From positions 3,456,001 to 3,520,000 of the forward strand of contig OZ243956.1 of NCBI GenBank assembly GCA_965214405.1: DNA of 64,000 nucleotides. The letters are read 5' to 3'. The position numbers and the translations under genes were made by a program. Of this stretch, positions 48,990 through 58,551 are shown in pieces (position 1 is the stretch's first letter; every line of letters starts with the position of its first letter). The notes under the pieces are model-generated. The model did no database searches. It had not been told where the DNA came from and saw only the letters and a list, made by a program, of their open reading frames with translations. Source of the DNA: Trueperaceae bacterium. Lineage in GTDB: Bacteria > Deinococcota > Deinococci > Deinococcales > Trueperaceae.

Positions 48990-49001
48990 CGTTTAGTCGC
49001 G

Positions 49002-51362
49002 TTACTCTACTCGCTCAAACGTGTACGACGCGGCTCCCTCACCAAAGACGACGGTTGGGTCGGCATTGTCAGGCGCCTCGAGCCTCACCGGCACCCCCGC
49101 CAAGGGCGGGCCGTAAAGGATGTAACCGTCCGGCTCGCCGCCGTCGTCAACCACCGGGCGCAGTTCTGAAACGAACTCGCCCGCGTCAAAGGTAAGGGTG
49201 GCGTCGGTGAGAGTGAGAGTCATCTCGCCCAACGCGCCGTTCGTATAGGTGCCGACGAAGGCTTGCGCGGCGGCAGGGTCAACGTCTTGGAGGGTGGCCT
49301 CGAGCTCGCTGAGACCCTCTTCCGTCTGGCCGAAAATGAAGTTGAGCCTGCCCTCAGCCTCTGGCTCTCCCCCAAACACAAGCTCGAACAGCCGCGTGCG
49401 GATGGCCTCGTTCACGGCGTTCGTGCCCTGCGCGTTGGTCAACACGACAATGCCCAAATCCGCGTCGGGCAAAAAGGCCAAATCCGAGGTGAAGCCCAAG
49501 GTGTTGCCGCCGTGATGGAGCAAAGGGAGTCCCTTGTATTCGTCCACGAACCAGCCCAGGCCGTAGCTCGTCGTCGCGGACACGGGCACCTGCGCCGTCC
49601 AGGTGGTGCGCAAGTTTTCTTCGGACACCACGCGTTCACCGTCAGGGGCCACGCCGACGCCGAGTTCGGTCTCTAAATAACGCGCCATGTCGGAGGCCGT
49701 GGACCAATGTGAGCCCGCCGGGGCGATGGGTACGAGAATTTGCTCATCGCTCAGCGGGATGGGCGCGTAAGTTCCGTCAAAGCCGCTTTGATGCGGCGCA
49801 CCGTGGTCGCCGCGCGCCGTGACCTCGTCAAAAGAGAGGGTCGTGTTCGTCATGCCGGTGGGCTCTAAAATGCGTTCCTGCAAAGAGGTCGCGTAACCGC
49901 CAAAAAGCTCTCCAAACGCCGCCCCGTCCGCCGCCGCCGCCGCGTAGCCGCCCGCGCCGACCATCTGGTTAGAATATTGAAAAGCCTCACCAAAATCGGT
50001 AAAGAACTCGAACGCGCGGAGCGATTCAACCACGCCCTCCGCCGAGAGGTCGTCCGCGTTGAAAAAAAGCTCAAAATCGCGCCGCGGCACGCCCGTACAG
50101 GCGCACACAAGATTGCGCATGGTAACGATTTTGCTCAACTCGGGGTCGGCCACGGCAAACTCCGGCAGCACGTCCACAACGGGCGTGTCCCAGCTCATGA
50201 GGTCGTCGTCGACCAGAGTCGCCATCAGCATCGTCGTCATCGTTTTGCCCGTCGAGCCGATCATCATCTGCGTGTCGGGGGTGACGGGGTCCGTTCCGCC
50301 CGCCTCCTTGATGCCAAAGCCTCGCGCGTAGACCACCTCGCCGTTCTGGACGATAGCCACCGCCGCGCCGGGGATGCCGAACTGCTCTAAAGCGTCCTCA
50401 ACAAACGTCGCCAACTGTGAAGTCATTTCGTCCGTCATGGGCAGCGGCGCTGTGCCGGTCAGGTCTTCCTCCGCCAAGCCCGTGAGGGTAAACCCGCTGG
50501 CGACGATGGTGACCTGCGCGCCCCGCCGTTCCACCGCCGCGAGGTCGCCATCAATGAGGAAGACGTAGACGTTGCCCTCAACGAGCCTGCCGTAACCCTG
50601 ATACACCCGCTTGCCACTACCGTCGTAATTGGCGACCACGGTCGCCTCGACGCCGGGTTCGGAGGGAGGCTCTACAAAGGTGGGCTCGAGCGCAAAATCC
50701 GGCTCCACCTGCGTCCACGCCTCCGCGATGGCCGCCCGCGGGTCCGTCCCCGGCACGACGAGGAGATAAGTAGAGATGTCCCCGTCCGGCTCGGAAAGCA
50801 GCGCGTAGCCGTTCTCCTCTTCTACCGTCCAGTTTGTCGGGATGGGCACGCTGAACCGGCCCCGCGGGTCCTCATACGTTCCTGCGGCGGCGGGGGCAGC
50901 CGTGCCGGTGACCGCGCCGCCCGTGGCCTCACCCTCTGCGTCGCCACCCGTGACCGCCTCGCCCCCTGTAACCGCCTCGCCCTCTGTAACCGCCTCACCT
51001 TGGGCCAGCGCGAAGGGCACCTCCTGTCCTTCTTGCGAAAAGGTGCCCTCGATGCGCCCTTCGGCAAGCGTTCCTTCAAAGGTGGGCGCGCCCGGCACGC
51101 CCTGAAGGGCGAAACTTATCCCGTCGCCGTTTGTCGTGATATTTTCCAGGGGCGCGTCCACAACGTCCTGCGTCGGGATGGTAATAGTTCCACCAAGCGC
51201 CGCCCCCTCGGTTTGAAGCTCAACCACGATGCCGAGCGCGCTCCCCGGCACCTGTATCTCGCCCTGCCACCGCCCCGCAAAATCAGCCGGAGATTGTGCC
51301 GGAGCCAAGTTCAAACAAAGAGTCAGCGGGAATAGCCACGTTCGTTTCAGCCTTTGTTTCAT
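49002..51362 (-). CDS. Secreted serine hydrolase (beta-lactamase/AmpC-like) with extra N-terminal domains
   Basis: Signal peptide, SxxK (GSTGK), YSN, HGGNTLGF; GEAVT linker repeats. Confidence 0.88.
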   Translation of the reverse strand: MKQRLKRTWLFPLTLCLNLAPAQSPADFAGRWQGEIQVPGSALGIVVELQTEGAALGGTITIPTQDVVDAPLENITTNGDGISFALQGVPGAPTFEGTLAEGRIEGTFSQEGQEVPFALAQGEAVTEGEAVTGGEAVTGGDAEGEATGGAVTGTAAPAAAGTYEDPRGRFSVPIPTNWTVEEENGYALLSEPDGDISTYLLVVPGTDPRAAIAEAWTQVEPDFALEPTFVEPPSEPGVEATVVANYDGSGKRVYQGYGRLVEGNVYVFLIDGDLAAVERRGAQVTIVASGFTLTGLAEEDLTGTAPLPMTDEMTSQLATFVEDALEQFGIPGAAVAIVQNGEVVYARGFGIKEAGGTDPVTPDTQMMIGSTGKTMTTMLMATLVDDDLMSWDTPVVDVLPEFAVADPELSKIVTMRNLVCACTGVPRRDFELFFNADDLSAEGVVESLRAFEFFTDFGEAFQYSNQMVGAGGYAAAAADGAAFGELFGGYATSLQERILEPTGMTNTTLSFDEVTARGDHGAPHQSGFDGTYAPIPLSDEQILVPIAPAGSHWSTASDMARYLETELGVGVAPDGERVVSEENLRTTWTAQVPVSATTSYGLGWFVDEYKGLPLLHHGGNTLGFTSDLAFLPDADLGIVVLTNAQGTNAVNEAIRTRLFELVFGGEPEAEGRLNFIFGQTEEGLSELEATLQDVDPAAAQAFVGTYTNGALGEMTLTLTDATLTFDAGEFVSELRPVVDDGGEPDGYILYGPPLAGVPVRLEAPDNADPTVVFGEGAASYTFERVE

Positions 51363-51482
51363 GCGTTCTCCCTTGCTGAAGTCTCTCTCGCCCTCACCCC
51401 GTTACATCTGCCGAACGAACAAGAGACTCCTCACCCAGTATCCGCGGTAGACTACTCCAAATGGAAGCGTCAAAACTGACTA

Positions 51483-52301
51483 GGTTGTGTTGACATTTCA
51501 CCTTAACCAGATGAGAGCGGAAGCGAAGTGCAAGAAACTGAGGTAGTTACGAGCCAGTTTGTCAAAGCGTGAGAAGCAGCGCCTATACCGTTTAAGCTTG
51601 TTGAAAAAACACTCAACGAGGTGACGCTCTTTATAGAGTTCTTGGTCATACTCGCGCTGTTCGTTGCGGTTACTTCTGGGTGGAATCACCGCTTGCGCAC
51701 CCATCTCGGCGATGGTGAGGAGCACATGTTCAGCATCATAAGATTTGTCGCCCATCACGAACTCAGCTTCATAACCCGCTAGCAACGCTCTAGCGTGTGG
51801 CGCTTCATGCGCTTGTCCCGCGGTGAGCAACAGCCGTAACGGGTTGCCTAGAGCGTCGACGCTCACGTGTATCTTCGTACTAAACCCACCGCGACTATAG
51901 CCTAAGTTCTGCGCCTCTTGCCCCCTTTTTTAGAGGGCGCACCCGCGGAGCACGCATGTGCCCGTACTACGGAGCCGTCTATCATGACGCTTTCCATGTC
52001 CGAGTCATCCGCAAAGTGTTCGAATAGCTCCTGCCATACGCCACGCTCACTCCACCGGTCAAAGCGCTTGTAAGCACTGTTCCATTTGCCGTACTCCCTG
52101 GGAAGAAGCCGCCACTGAGAACCGCTCCGCAGCAGCCAAAGTACGCCTTCGACAAATCTACGGCACTGCTTCTCTTGCCCCACGTACACCTGCGGGTTCT
52201 CATCTAAGAACGTTCTGATTTTATGCCACTGTTTAGCCTTAAGTTTCACCTTGCTCATGCCCTTTCTTAATAACTCACTACATGAGAATGTCAACAGAAC
52301 C
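51483..52301 (-). mobile_element. IS5-family (IS427-like) insertion sequence
   Basis: 15-bp TIRs GGTTGTGTTGACATT / AATGTCAACAGAACC (1 mismatch); TA duplication in CTAG context. Confidence 0.92.
51498..52258 (-). CDS. IS5 transposase, orfA plus orfB joined by -1 frameshift
   Basis: RSGSQWRLLP.EYGKWNS; SRGGFSTKIH, GDKSYD, RHLVECFFNKLK; slippery AAAAAAGGGGG at about 51921-51931. Confidence 0.9.
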
Positions 52302-53004
52302 TAGCGGGTGGCTCAGGGTCGAGGGAGAGGCCGTCAAGGTTTTTACGAGTAAGAAGCGCCTGAAGATGCTTGAGCCTTTTGTCGGGGGCGAATGCACGGT
52401 CAAGGAGGCCGCGGTGCAGACCCGCGTCCCGCTCAACCTCATGCACTACCACGTTATGAAATTTTTAGAGCTGGGGCTGTTAGAGGTTACGCGTTTTGAG
52501 AAGCGGCGCGGGCGAGCCGTCAAGCACTACCGCGCCGTCGCGGACGGCTTTTTTGTGCCTTACGACAGCCTGCCCACCGCCACAACGAAAGAGCACATCA
52601 AGGCGTACGACGCGCCCCTGAACGAGACGCTGCTAGAGGCGATTGCCGCGTGTGTGGACGGGCTCGAGCTGGAGCAGCGGCTGTGGGGGCGGCGCTTTGA
52701 GCGCGACGAGAGGGGAACCCTGGGAATGTTTACGGGACCCGACCCCGAAGAACCGGAGGATTTCAACATCATCGGTGCGCTTCTTGAAGACCGCGCGCCC
52801 GCGTTCTGGAATTTGTGGGACACCCTTGAGCTCGAGCCGAGTGAAGCCAAAAGGTTTCAGCGCGAGCTCTCCGCGCTTGCCCACACGTATCGAGATCACA
52901 GCGAAGGTCACGAAGGTCACGAAGGTCATAGCGGAGGTCGAAAAGGCGGAAAACGTTACGTGGTGCGCCTGGCCCTCGCGCCCTTAGAAACGCGAGACTC
53001 GTAA
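52282..53004 (+). CDS. ArsR-like winged-HTH regulator (Deinococcus type); original 5' end cut off by the IS
   Basis: LEPFVG..CTVKEAA....YHV.K.LELGLL.V.R...RRGRAVKHYRA; native start reconstructed at 51461. Confidence 0.82.
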   Translation: MRMSTEPSGWLRVEGEAVKVFTSKKRLKMLEPFVGGECTVKEAAVQTRVPLNLMHYHVMKFLELGLLEVTRFEKRRGRAVKHYRAVADGFFVPYDSLPTATTKEHIKAYDAPLNETLLEAIAACVDGLELEQRLWGRRFERDERGTLGMFTGPDPEEPEDFNIIGALLEDRAPAFWNLWDTLELEPSEAKRFQRELSALAHTYRDHSEGHEGHEGHSGGRKGGKRYVVRLALAPLETRDS

Positions 53005-53100
53005 AATTCTCCCGGCTTAGGTCGAAGCGGTTTGAACCAGTCGGCACCGACTTGCGCTGCTGGCAACGGTATAACCGACCCAAAGTTACTTGTGGCACCA

Positions 53101-53258
53101 TAAAATAGGCCCGAGGGTGGGGGGGCACAGCCTCGGGCCTAAATGGTATCTAAGAAACCCGCAGACGTGTAAGGCCGCCACAATTCTTGGCTACGGACCC
53201 CCTGTCCGCGGGAGGAACCACCGTCCGCCCCCCCGGTGGATGACGGTTCAGCACCGTT
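53101..53258 (-). ncRNA. Candidate structured stand-alone ncRNA
   Basis: TTGACA-17-TTCAAT promoter on the minus strand, three stems, strong terminator hairpin plus U-tract, no credible ORF. Confidence 0.55.
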
Positions 53259-53390
53259 AGCTGAATTGAAGCACATCGCGCTTTTGGTGTCAAGTCACGC
53301 GCGTACCCAACAACGAAGTACATCTATACTCACCATATCCTCACTCATGACGTCTTCTAAAGCCTCTCCCCCTCTGCTACACTTGGAGCC

Positions 53391-53933
53391 GTGGCAAAAC
53401 CCCGCATCATCGGCGGCAGCGCGAAAGGCCGCACCCTAGACACGCCCAAATGCGGCACCCGCCCGAGCCCCGGCAGGCTCCGCGAGGCGCTTTTTAATAT
53501 ACTGGAGTTTAGAAAGCGCGGGCGCTTTTTAGACCTTTTCAGCGGCTCCGGCGCGATCGGCTTAGAGGCCGCCTCGAGGGGCTGGACGAGCACCTGCGTC
53601 GATAAAAGCCGCGAGGCTGCGAGCGTGATTCGTTTGAACGCCAGGAGCTTGGGCCTTACCGTCACCATCATCCAGGGTGACGCGCTCAAGTTCGTTGGTA
53701 GGGGAGAGGTGTTCGACGTCGTTTTTGCAGCACCCCCTTACCCGCTCGAGCTGCAACCCGTCTTTCAGGCCGTTGTAGACGCCGAGGTCGCGCGCGCGGG
53801 CGGGCTCTATATCTTCCAGCACCCGACGGGGCTCGAGCTAAACCTTGTCCGTGAGGGTCAACCTCTCGAGCGGGAGGTGCGGGCGTACGGGTCGAACGCG
53901 CTAAGCCTCGTGTCGGTAGAGCACCAACTTTAG
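53391..53933 (+). CDS. rsmD: 16S rRNA m2G966 methyltransferase
   Basis: RIIGG.AKG, TRP, REALFNIL, LDLFSGSG.IGLEAASRG, PPY. Confidence 0.9.
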   Translation: MAKPRIIGGSAKGRTLDTPKCGTRPSPGRLREALFNILEFRKRGRFLDLFSGSGAIGLEAASRGWTSTCVDKSREAASVIRLNARSLGLTVTIIQGDALKFVGRGEVFDVVFAAPPYPLELQPVFQAVVDAEVARAGGLYIFQHPTGLELNLVREGQPLEREVRAYGSNALSLVSVEHQL

Positions 53934-53981
53934 AAACAAACTTGTAAGAACTTTGTAAGACCTTTCAGCTTAGAGTGAGTC

Positions 53982-54191
53982 ATGCACGACGCGCCCGAAA
54001 CCTCCCAAACCACCCTTCCCAACGCCGTATGGTGCGGTCACAAGAACGAAATCTGGGGCCGCGATCCTCAGGACCCCGACCTCTGGCACAACAAAAGCGG
54101 GCTGATTATCAACTCGGCAGCCCTAAGAGAACGCATGGCGTGTTTTGAAATAGGCCCGGTCAAGCTCGAGGGGTCTCTGGAAAACGCCTAA
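53982..54191 (+). CDS. Small hypothetical protein
   Basis: 69-aa ORF, TAGAGT upstream of the ATG. Confidence 0.45.
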   Translation: MHDAPETSQTTLPNAVWCGHKNEIWGRDPQDPDLWHNKSGLIINSAALRERMACFEIGPVKLEGSLENA

Positions 54192-54230
54192 ACGAGCGGT
54201 CAGCCCTTGTTGACCTGCCGGTTGACCTGT

Positions 54231-54656
54231 TCACGGTCCGGTAAACACTTCTTTGGCGGTCGCTTTGAGAAGGTTCCCGCTTTTGTCAAAGAAAAAGAAA
54301 TACTGCACGTCACCAGAGACGAGGAGCCTGCTCGAGGTGTTGCGGATGATAGCCACGATGTAACCACTTAAATCCTCCCAGCTGTAGCCATTATCTGCGA
54401 CGGCTGACGTGATGTTGATGTCGTCTTCGTCCCCAACGTAGCTGTACCCTATCCCTTCGCTGTCGAGGAAGGCGGTGACTCGAGCCCGGCTGGACCCCAC
54501 AGGCAGGTTCAAAACCGCGTCCGTGACCCTTCTCGCTTTCAGCTCGTTGCGGTTTGGCGGCCCGCCCCAGAAAACGGTGACCACGACTCCAATCACCATA
54601 AGCACAACCAATCCCACAAGGACGCGTTTGATCATTCTTGCTTTATTGCTGCTCAT
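54231..54656 (-). CDS. Hypothetical membrane-anchored protein
   Basis: Single N-terminal TM helix followed by a soluble domain. Confidence 0.6.
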   Translation of the reverse strand: MSSNKARMIKRVLVGLVVLMVIGVVVTVFWGGPPNRNELKARRVTDAVLNLPVGSSRARVTAFLDSEGIGYSYVGDEDDINITSAVADNGYSWEDLSGYIVAIIRNTSSRLLVSGDVQYFFFFDKSGNLLKATAKEVFTGP

Positions 54657-54725
54657 TCACGCTTTCAGTAGTGGTGCCTTAACTGAATAAGGATGAGCGC
54701 CGCTTTGGTCAGTGACATTGCTCTT

Positions 54726-55490
54726 CTAATAAACGTTAAATTTTGAATTACGCGACATGAAGTCTTTAACTTCTTGAATTGAATAGGCAGGCCTCTTTTG
54801 GTGAATGATTGCGTGACAGTTAGGACAAACGGGGCGCAAGTCCCTGATAGGGTCAACGTCGTACGCTTCTCCGATTTCAGCCAGCTCGGTCAAGTGGTGG
54901 ACGTGTATAAAGTCATCAAAATCATCCCCATAGACATTCCCAAACGAAAAATCGCAAATAGAGCAGGAGGTCCCGTAATGTGCGATGCAGAGACGCCTAG
55001 CTGTTGGGTTGCGCTCGTACGTATTTGTGACGATGCGAAATACTTTACCTTCTCGTAACCACCGTTGCTCATCAGAGGTCAAGTCGGTTTGGTTGTCAAG
55101 CTTGACAAGTCCCAAGTGTTCGAGCGCCTCAGCCACCTGAACTCGCAAAGTCCATTCACATTCACCGCTGGGCCAATCCATCGTAACGAGCGAGAGAATG
55201 GGATACTCGAGGCTTACGCCAAGGGAACTCGCCACGCGCCTACCCAATTTGCCGTAATGGATGTTTGAAGCACCGAAACTCTTATAGCCAACCAACTCAG
55301 CCATTTGCTTGGCTGTTACAGTGGAATGCGGTGCCGAATAGTTTGCCCGCAACATCCGCAAATCATTTTCTGATAAGTGTAGTTCACGCAAAGCACGAAG
55401 GTACTCAGAATTCGGTAACGCTTCCAAATACTCGTCGGCTTCTGCGGACGACGGCATAGTTTTTAAGGTCTGACTGACCTTAGTGTCCAT
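54726..55490 (-). CDS. McrA-like HNH endonuclease with N-terminal HTH-like domain (start 55490 or 55457)
   Basis: EG...YERNP.AR..C...YG..C.IC.F.F...YG, IHVHH, PVCPNCHAIIH; low GC. Confidence 0.88.
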   Translation of the reverse strand: MDTKVSQTLKTMPSSAEADEYLEALPNSEYLRALRELHLSENDLRMLRANYSAPHSTVTAKQMAELVGYKSFGASNIHYGKLGRRVASSLGVSLEYPILSLVTMDWPSGECEWTLRVQVAEALEHLGLVKLDNQTDLTSDEQRWLREGKVFRIVTNTYERNPTARRLCIAHYGTSCSICDFSFGNVYGDDFDDFIHVHHLTELAEIGEAYDVDPIRDLRPVCPNCHAIIHQKRPAYSIQEVKDFMSRNSKFNVY

Positions 55491-55608
55491 CCGGCTCTTC
55501 GGTCTCCTCCACAAGCGCGTTGGCCGCGTAAACAAACGCCGCGCCGAGTCCGCTCAGGCCGACGAGTACGAGGATGCTGTAGAAGCTGATGCTTAGAAAA
55601 GTGTCCAT
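55480..55608 (-). CDS. Small single-TM protein, 42 aa (not in the ORF track)
   Basis: AAGGAG RBS; MDTFLSISFYSILVLVGLSGLGAAFVYAANALVEETEEPDGH. Confidence 0.6.
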   Translation of the reverse strand: MDTFLSISFYSILVLVGLSGLGAAFVYAANALVEETEEPDGH

Positions 55609-55655
55609 CTTGGTCTCCTTTTAGTGAGTAAGTTAGTAGGCCTTCTCGTTAATCG

Positions 55656-57020
55656 CTAAGGTACTGTACCAAACCGCCGCGCGTGAGGACGACGCACGGT
55701 ACGCAAGAAGCGCAGAATGAGGAGCGCCGCCGCGGTGCCGAGGCCCGCTACCAGGCCCAGCCACAGCCCGCGCCCGCCCCAGCCTAGGCCAAAGGCCAGC
55801 CAGACGCCCACGCCAAGGCCGACGCCCCAATAGGCGAAGAGCGAGATGAGCATGGGCGTGCGCGTGTCTCTAAGCCCGCGCAACGCGCCCGACGCGCTCA
55901 CCTGGAGGCCGTCGAAAACCTGGAACATCGCGGCAATGCCCAAGTAGGTGACGGCGAGCGTGACGAGAGACGCGTTGGCGGGGTCTTGCGTGTCGATATA
56001 AAGCCCGACAATGGAACGGGGCAGCACCCAGAAAGCGAGCGCGGTGAGCATCATAAAAGCCCCGCTGAGGCCGATGCCGACGCTCCCGGCGCGCCGTACC
56101 CCCGCGCCGTCCCCACGCCCCGCCGCCTGCCCGACGCGCACGGACAAGGCAATGGACAAGCCCAGCGGCACCATAAAGGTCAAGGACGCCGTTTGCAGCG
56201 CGATTTGGTGCGCGGCGAGTTGTGTGGCACCCAGCAGACCCATAAGGAGCGCGGTAATGGTAAAAAGTCCCACCTCGAAACCGAGCGTCAAGCCGATGGG
56301 CCAGCCCACGGTAAAGAGTTCCCGAAGCGTGCGTGGGTCGGGCGTGCGTAAGCGTGAGAAGATGCGGTAACTTTTAAGCGTCACCTGGACGTAAAGCGCC
56401 GCGAGCGCGAACATGAGCCAGGAGACGACCGTGGTGGCGTAGCCCGTACCGACGAGGCCGAGCGCCGGAAAGCCGAACCTGCCGAACATGAGCACGTCGT
56501 TGGCCGCGACGTTGAGCCCCACACCGACGAGGGCGATGACCATGATGGGGCGCGGGTTAGATAGGCCCTCGAGTAGCCCCCTTAGCGCAGTAAGCCCCAG
56601 CGCGGGCAGAAATCCCCACGACACCGCCCGGATGTAGGCCCCGGCCAAAGCCGCCGTCCCCGCCTCCTGCCCCATAAGCCGCAACAGGGCGGTGGCGTTC
56701 CAAAACAGGGGCAGCGCGAGGAGCGTTCCCCCCAGCGCCAGCCACAGGCCCTGCCGCGACGCGCGCGCGACCCCCTCCTCGTCGCCCGCGCCATGCGCCT
56801 GCGAGACGGTCGGCCCCACCGCCAGCACGACGCCCGTAAGGAGGAGCAGCACAAAGAAGTACAAGGTGTTGCCGAGCGCGATGCCTGCGAGCGCCTCGTC
56901 GCCCAAGCGCCCGACCATCAGCGTGTCGACAAAACCCATCGAGGTTCCGGCGAGCTGGGCCAGGATGAGCGGCCCCGCTAGAACGAGCAGCAGGTGAAGT
57001 TCGGTCCAAAAGGGTTTCAT
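55656..57020 (-). CDS. MATE efflux transporter (NorM-like)
   Basis: DTLMVGRLG, LAAHQIA, FMVPLG, RVGQ, FDGLQV...GALRG. Confidence 0.93.
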   Translation of the reverse strand: MKPFWTELHLLLVLAGPLILAQLAGTSMGFVDTLMVGRLGDEALAGIALGNTLYFFVLLLLTGVVLAVGPTVSQAHGAGDEEGVARASRQGLWLALGGTLLALPLFWNATALLRLMGQEAGTAALAGAYIRAVSWGFLPALGLTALRGLLEGLSNPRPIMVIALVGVGLNVAANDVLMFGRFGFPALGLVGTGYATTVVSWLMFALAALYVQVTLKSYRIFSRLRTPDPRTLRELFTVGWPIGLTLGFEVGLFTITALLMGLLGATQLAAHQIALQTASLTFMVPLGLSIALSVRVGQAAGRGDGAGVRRAGSVGIGLSGAFMMLTALAFWVLPRSIVGLYIDTQDPANASLVTLAVTYLGIAAMFQVFDGLQVSASGALRGLRDTRTPMLISLFAYWGVGLGVGVWLAFGLGWGGRGLWLGLVAGLGTAAALLILRFLRTVRRPHARRFGTVP

Positions 57021-57226
57021 AAGGTTGACGCGCTCCTAACCGCTCGAGACTATAGCAGGATTGTCTCGAGGTGGGCGTCAGCCGCGTTGGTTGGATCAGC
57101 GCCGCGTCCTGAGTCAAGGGTAGAGGCTTGGTTCTCCTCCGCGCCTCTTCCATTTTCTCAATTCCTGCGTGCGGGGCTCGAGCCCCACCCGTCATCCCGA
57201 AACGGACGGTCGGACGGTCAACATGC

Positions 57227-57256
57227 TTGACTTTGGTCCGAACAGAATCTTAGAAT
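57227..57256 (+). promoter_or_regulatory. Candidate promoter of the sugar ABC operon
   Basis: TTGACT-18-TAGAAT. Confidence 0.45.
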
Positions 57257-57469
57257 CAGGAGCACGAAATTTTTGTCACTCACGCTTTTCTAAGCCCTTT
57301 TGTGGGTGAGCCGCACACCGCGTTATTCGGCGCTTTGGGCGCTCGAGCCCGAGGATGACCCCACCGGGTGACGGGCGGGTGACAATCGTGAATGCTCGAG
57401 AGGAGGCGTACGTATCAGGTGAGTATCAACTAAGCCACGCTCGCAAGCCTCAAGAGAAAGGATTTTTTC

Positions 57470-58444
57470 ATGCGCAAGCTTTTCATTATCCTTCTTACCA
57501 CCCTCACCACCCTTGCTTTTGCTCAGAACGACCCGGCCGACCGCGACTACACCATCACCCTCATCCCCGGCCTCACCACCGACGCCTTTTACATCACCAT
57601 GAACGCGGGCGCGCAGGCCGCCGCCGAGGCGCTGGGCATCACCGTCAATTTTCAGGGCGCGGAAGAGTTCAACCCGACCTTGCAGGTGCCTGTTTTGGAC
57701 GCGGTCATCGCCCGCCAACCCGACGCCATTTTGATTGCCCCGACCGACACCACGCAGCTCATCGCGCCCTTGCAGAGCGCCGCTGACGCGGGCATCCCGG
57801 TCATCACCGTGGACACGTTTATCGGTGACGGTCAATACCAAGACGGCGCGGGCGACGGCGACTTTCCGCTCTCTTACATCGCGTCGGACAACGTCGCGGG
57901 CGGGCGCATCGCGGCGCGCGCGATGGCCGACGCGATAGGCGGCGAGGGCGCGGTTTATGTGTCGAACGTGCGCCCCGGCATCTCGACGACGGACCAGCGC
58001 GAAGAGGGGTTTAAGCAGGAGTTGGCAGAGAACTTCCCCAACATCACCGTGTTGGAAACCCAGTACAACGACAACGACTCCTCCACCGCCGCCTCGCAGT
58101 TTCAGGCTGTACTGGCGCGCGAGCCCAACCTCAAGGGCGTCTTCGGCGCGAACCTCTTTTCGGCCATCGGCGCGGCCAACGGCGTCGAGGCGGCGGGCGA
58201 ATCGGACAACGTGACCGTTATTGCCTTTGACGCGCCGCAGTCGATTGTGGACAGCATCGGCACGGGTTTGGTCGATATGGCGATTGCCCAGCACCCCGCC
58301 GAAATCGGCTACTACGGCGTGATGACGGCTTACGCGCAGCTCACGGGGCAGTCGGTGCCGCCGCTTATCGGCACGGGCTTTACCGTGATTACTGCAGATA
58401 ATGTAGACGACCCCGACATTCAGAAGTTTATCTATTCAGAGTAG
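57470..58444 (+). CDS. Sugar ABC substrate-binding protein (RbsB-like)
   Basis: Signal peptide, GIPVITVD, SDNV.GG, REEGF, IAFDA, AQHP. Confidence 0.92.
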   Translation: MRKLFIILLTTLTTLAFAQNDPADRDYTITLIPGLTTDAFYITMNAGAQAAAEALGITVNFQGAEEFNPTLQVPVLDAVIARQPDAILIAPTDTTQLIAPLQSAADAGIPVITVDTFIGDGQYQDGAGDGDFPLSYIASDNVAGGRIAARAMADAIGGEGAVYVSNVRPGISTTDQREEGFKQELAENFPNITVLETQYNDNDSSTAASQFQAVLAREPNLKGVFGANLFSAIGAANGVEAAGESDNVTVIAFDAPQSIVDSIGTGLVDMAIAQHPAEIGYYGVMTAYAQLTGQSVPPLIGTGFTVITADNVDDPDIQKFIYSE

Positions 58445-58462
58445 AAACTTCTAAGGCAAAAT

Positions 58463-58509
58463 CCCCCCGACTATCGCTTCGCTCAGTCGTCCCCCCTTAC
58501 GAAGGGGGG
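58463..58509. repeat. REP-like double hairpin
   Basis: CGACT-atcgcttcgctc-AGTCG followed by CCCCCCTT-acg-AAGGGGGG, after the SBP gene. Confidence 0.5.
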
Positions 58510-58551
58510 CTGTTGCGCGTCAGCGTCGGCAGGGGGGATGAAGGAGCACCC

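Noticed and set aside
50900..51005. 18-nt repeats in the serine hydrolase
   Set aside because: Ordinary low-complexity GEAVT linker expansion.
52900..52935. GAAGGTCAC x3 (EGHEGHEGH)
   Set aside because: Short in-frame slippage in a loop; too little evidence for a metal-binding role.
53020..53100. tracrRNA-like words (GTCGGCACCGAC, GTGGCACC)
   Set aside because: Only short coincidental matches, with no Cas9/IscB/TnpB gene or array.
57323..58294. 323-aa minus-strand ORF
   Set aside because: Antisense shadow of the sugar-binding protein gene.
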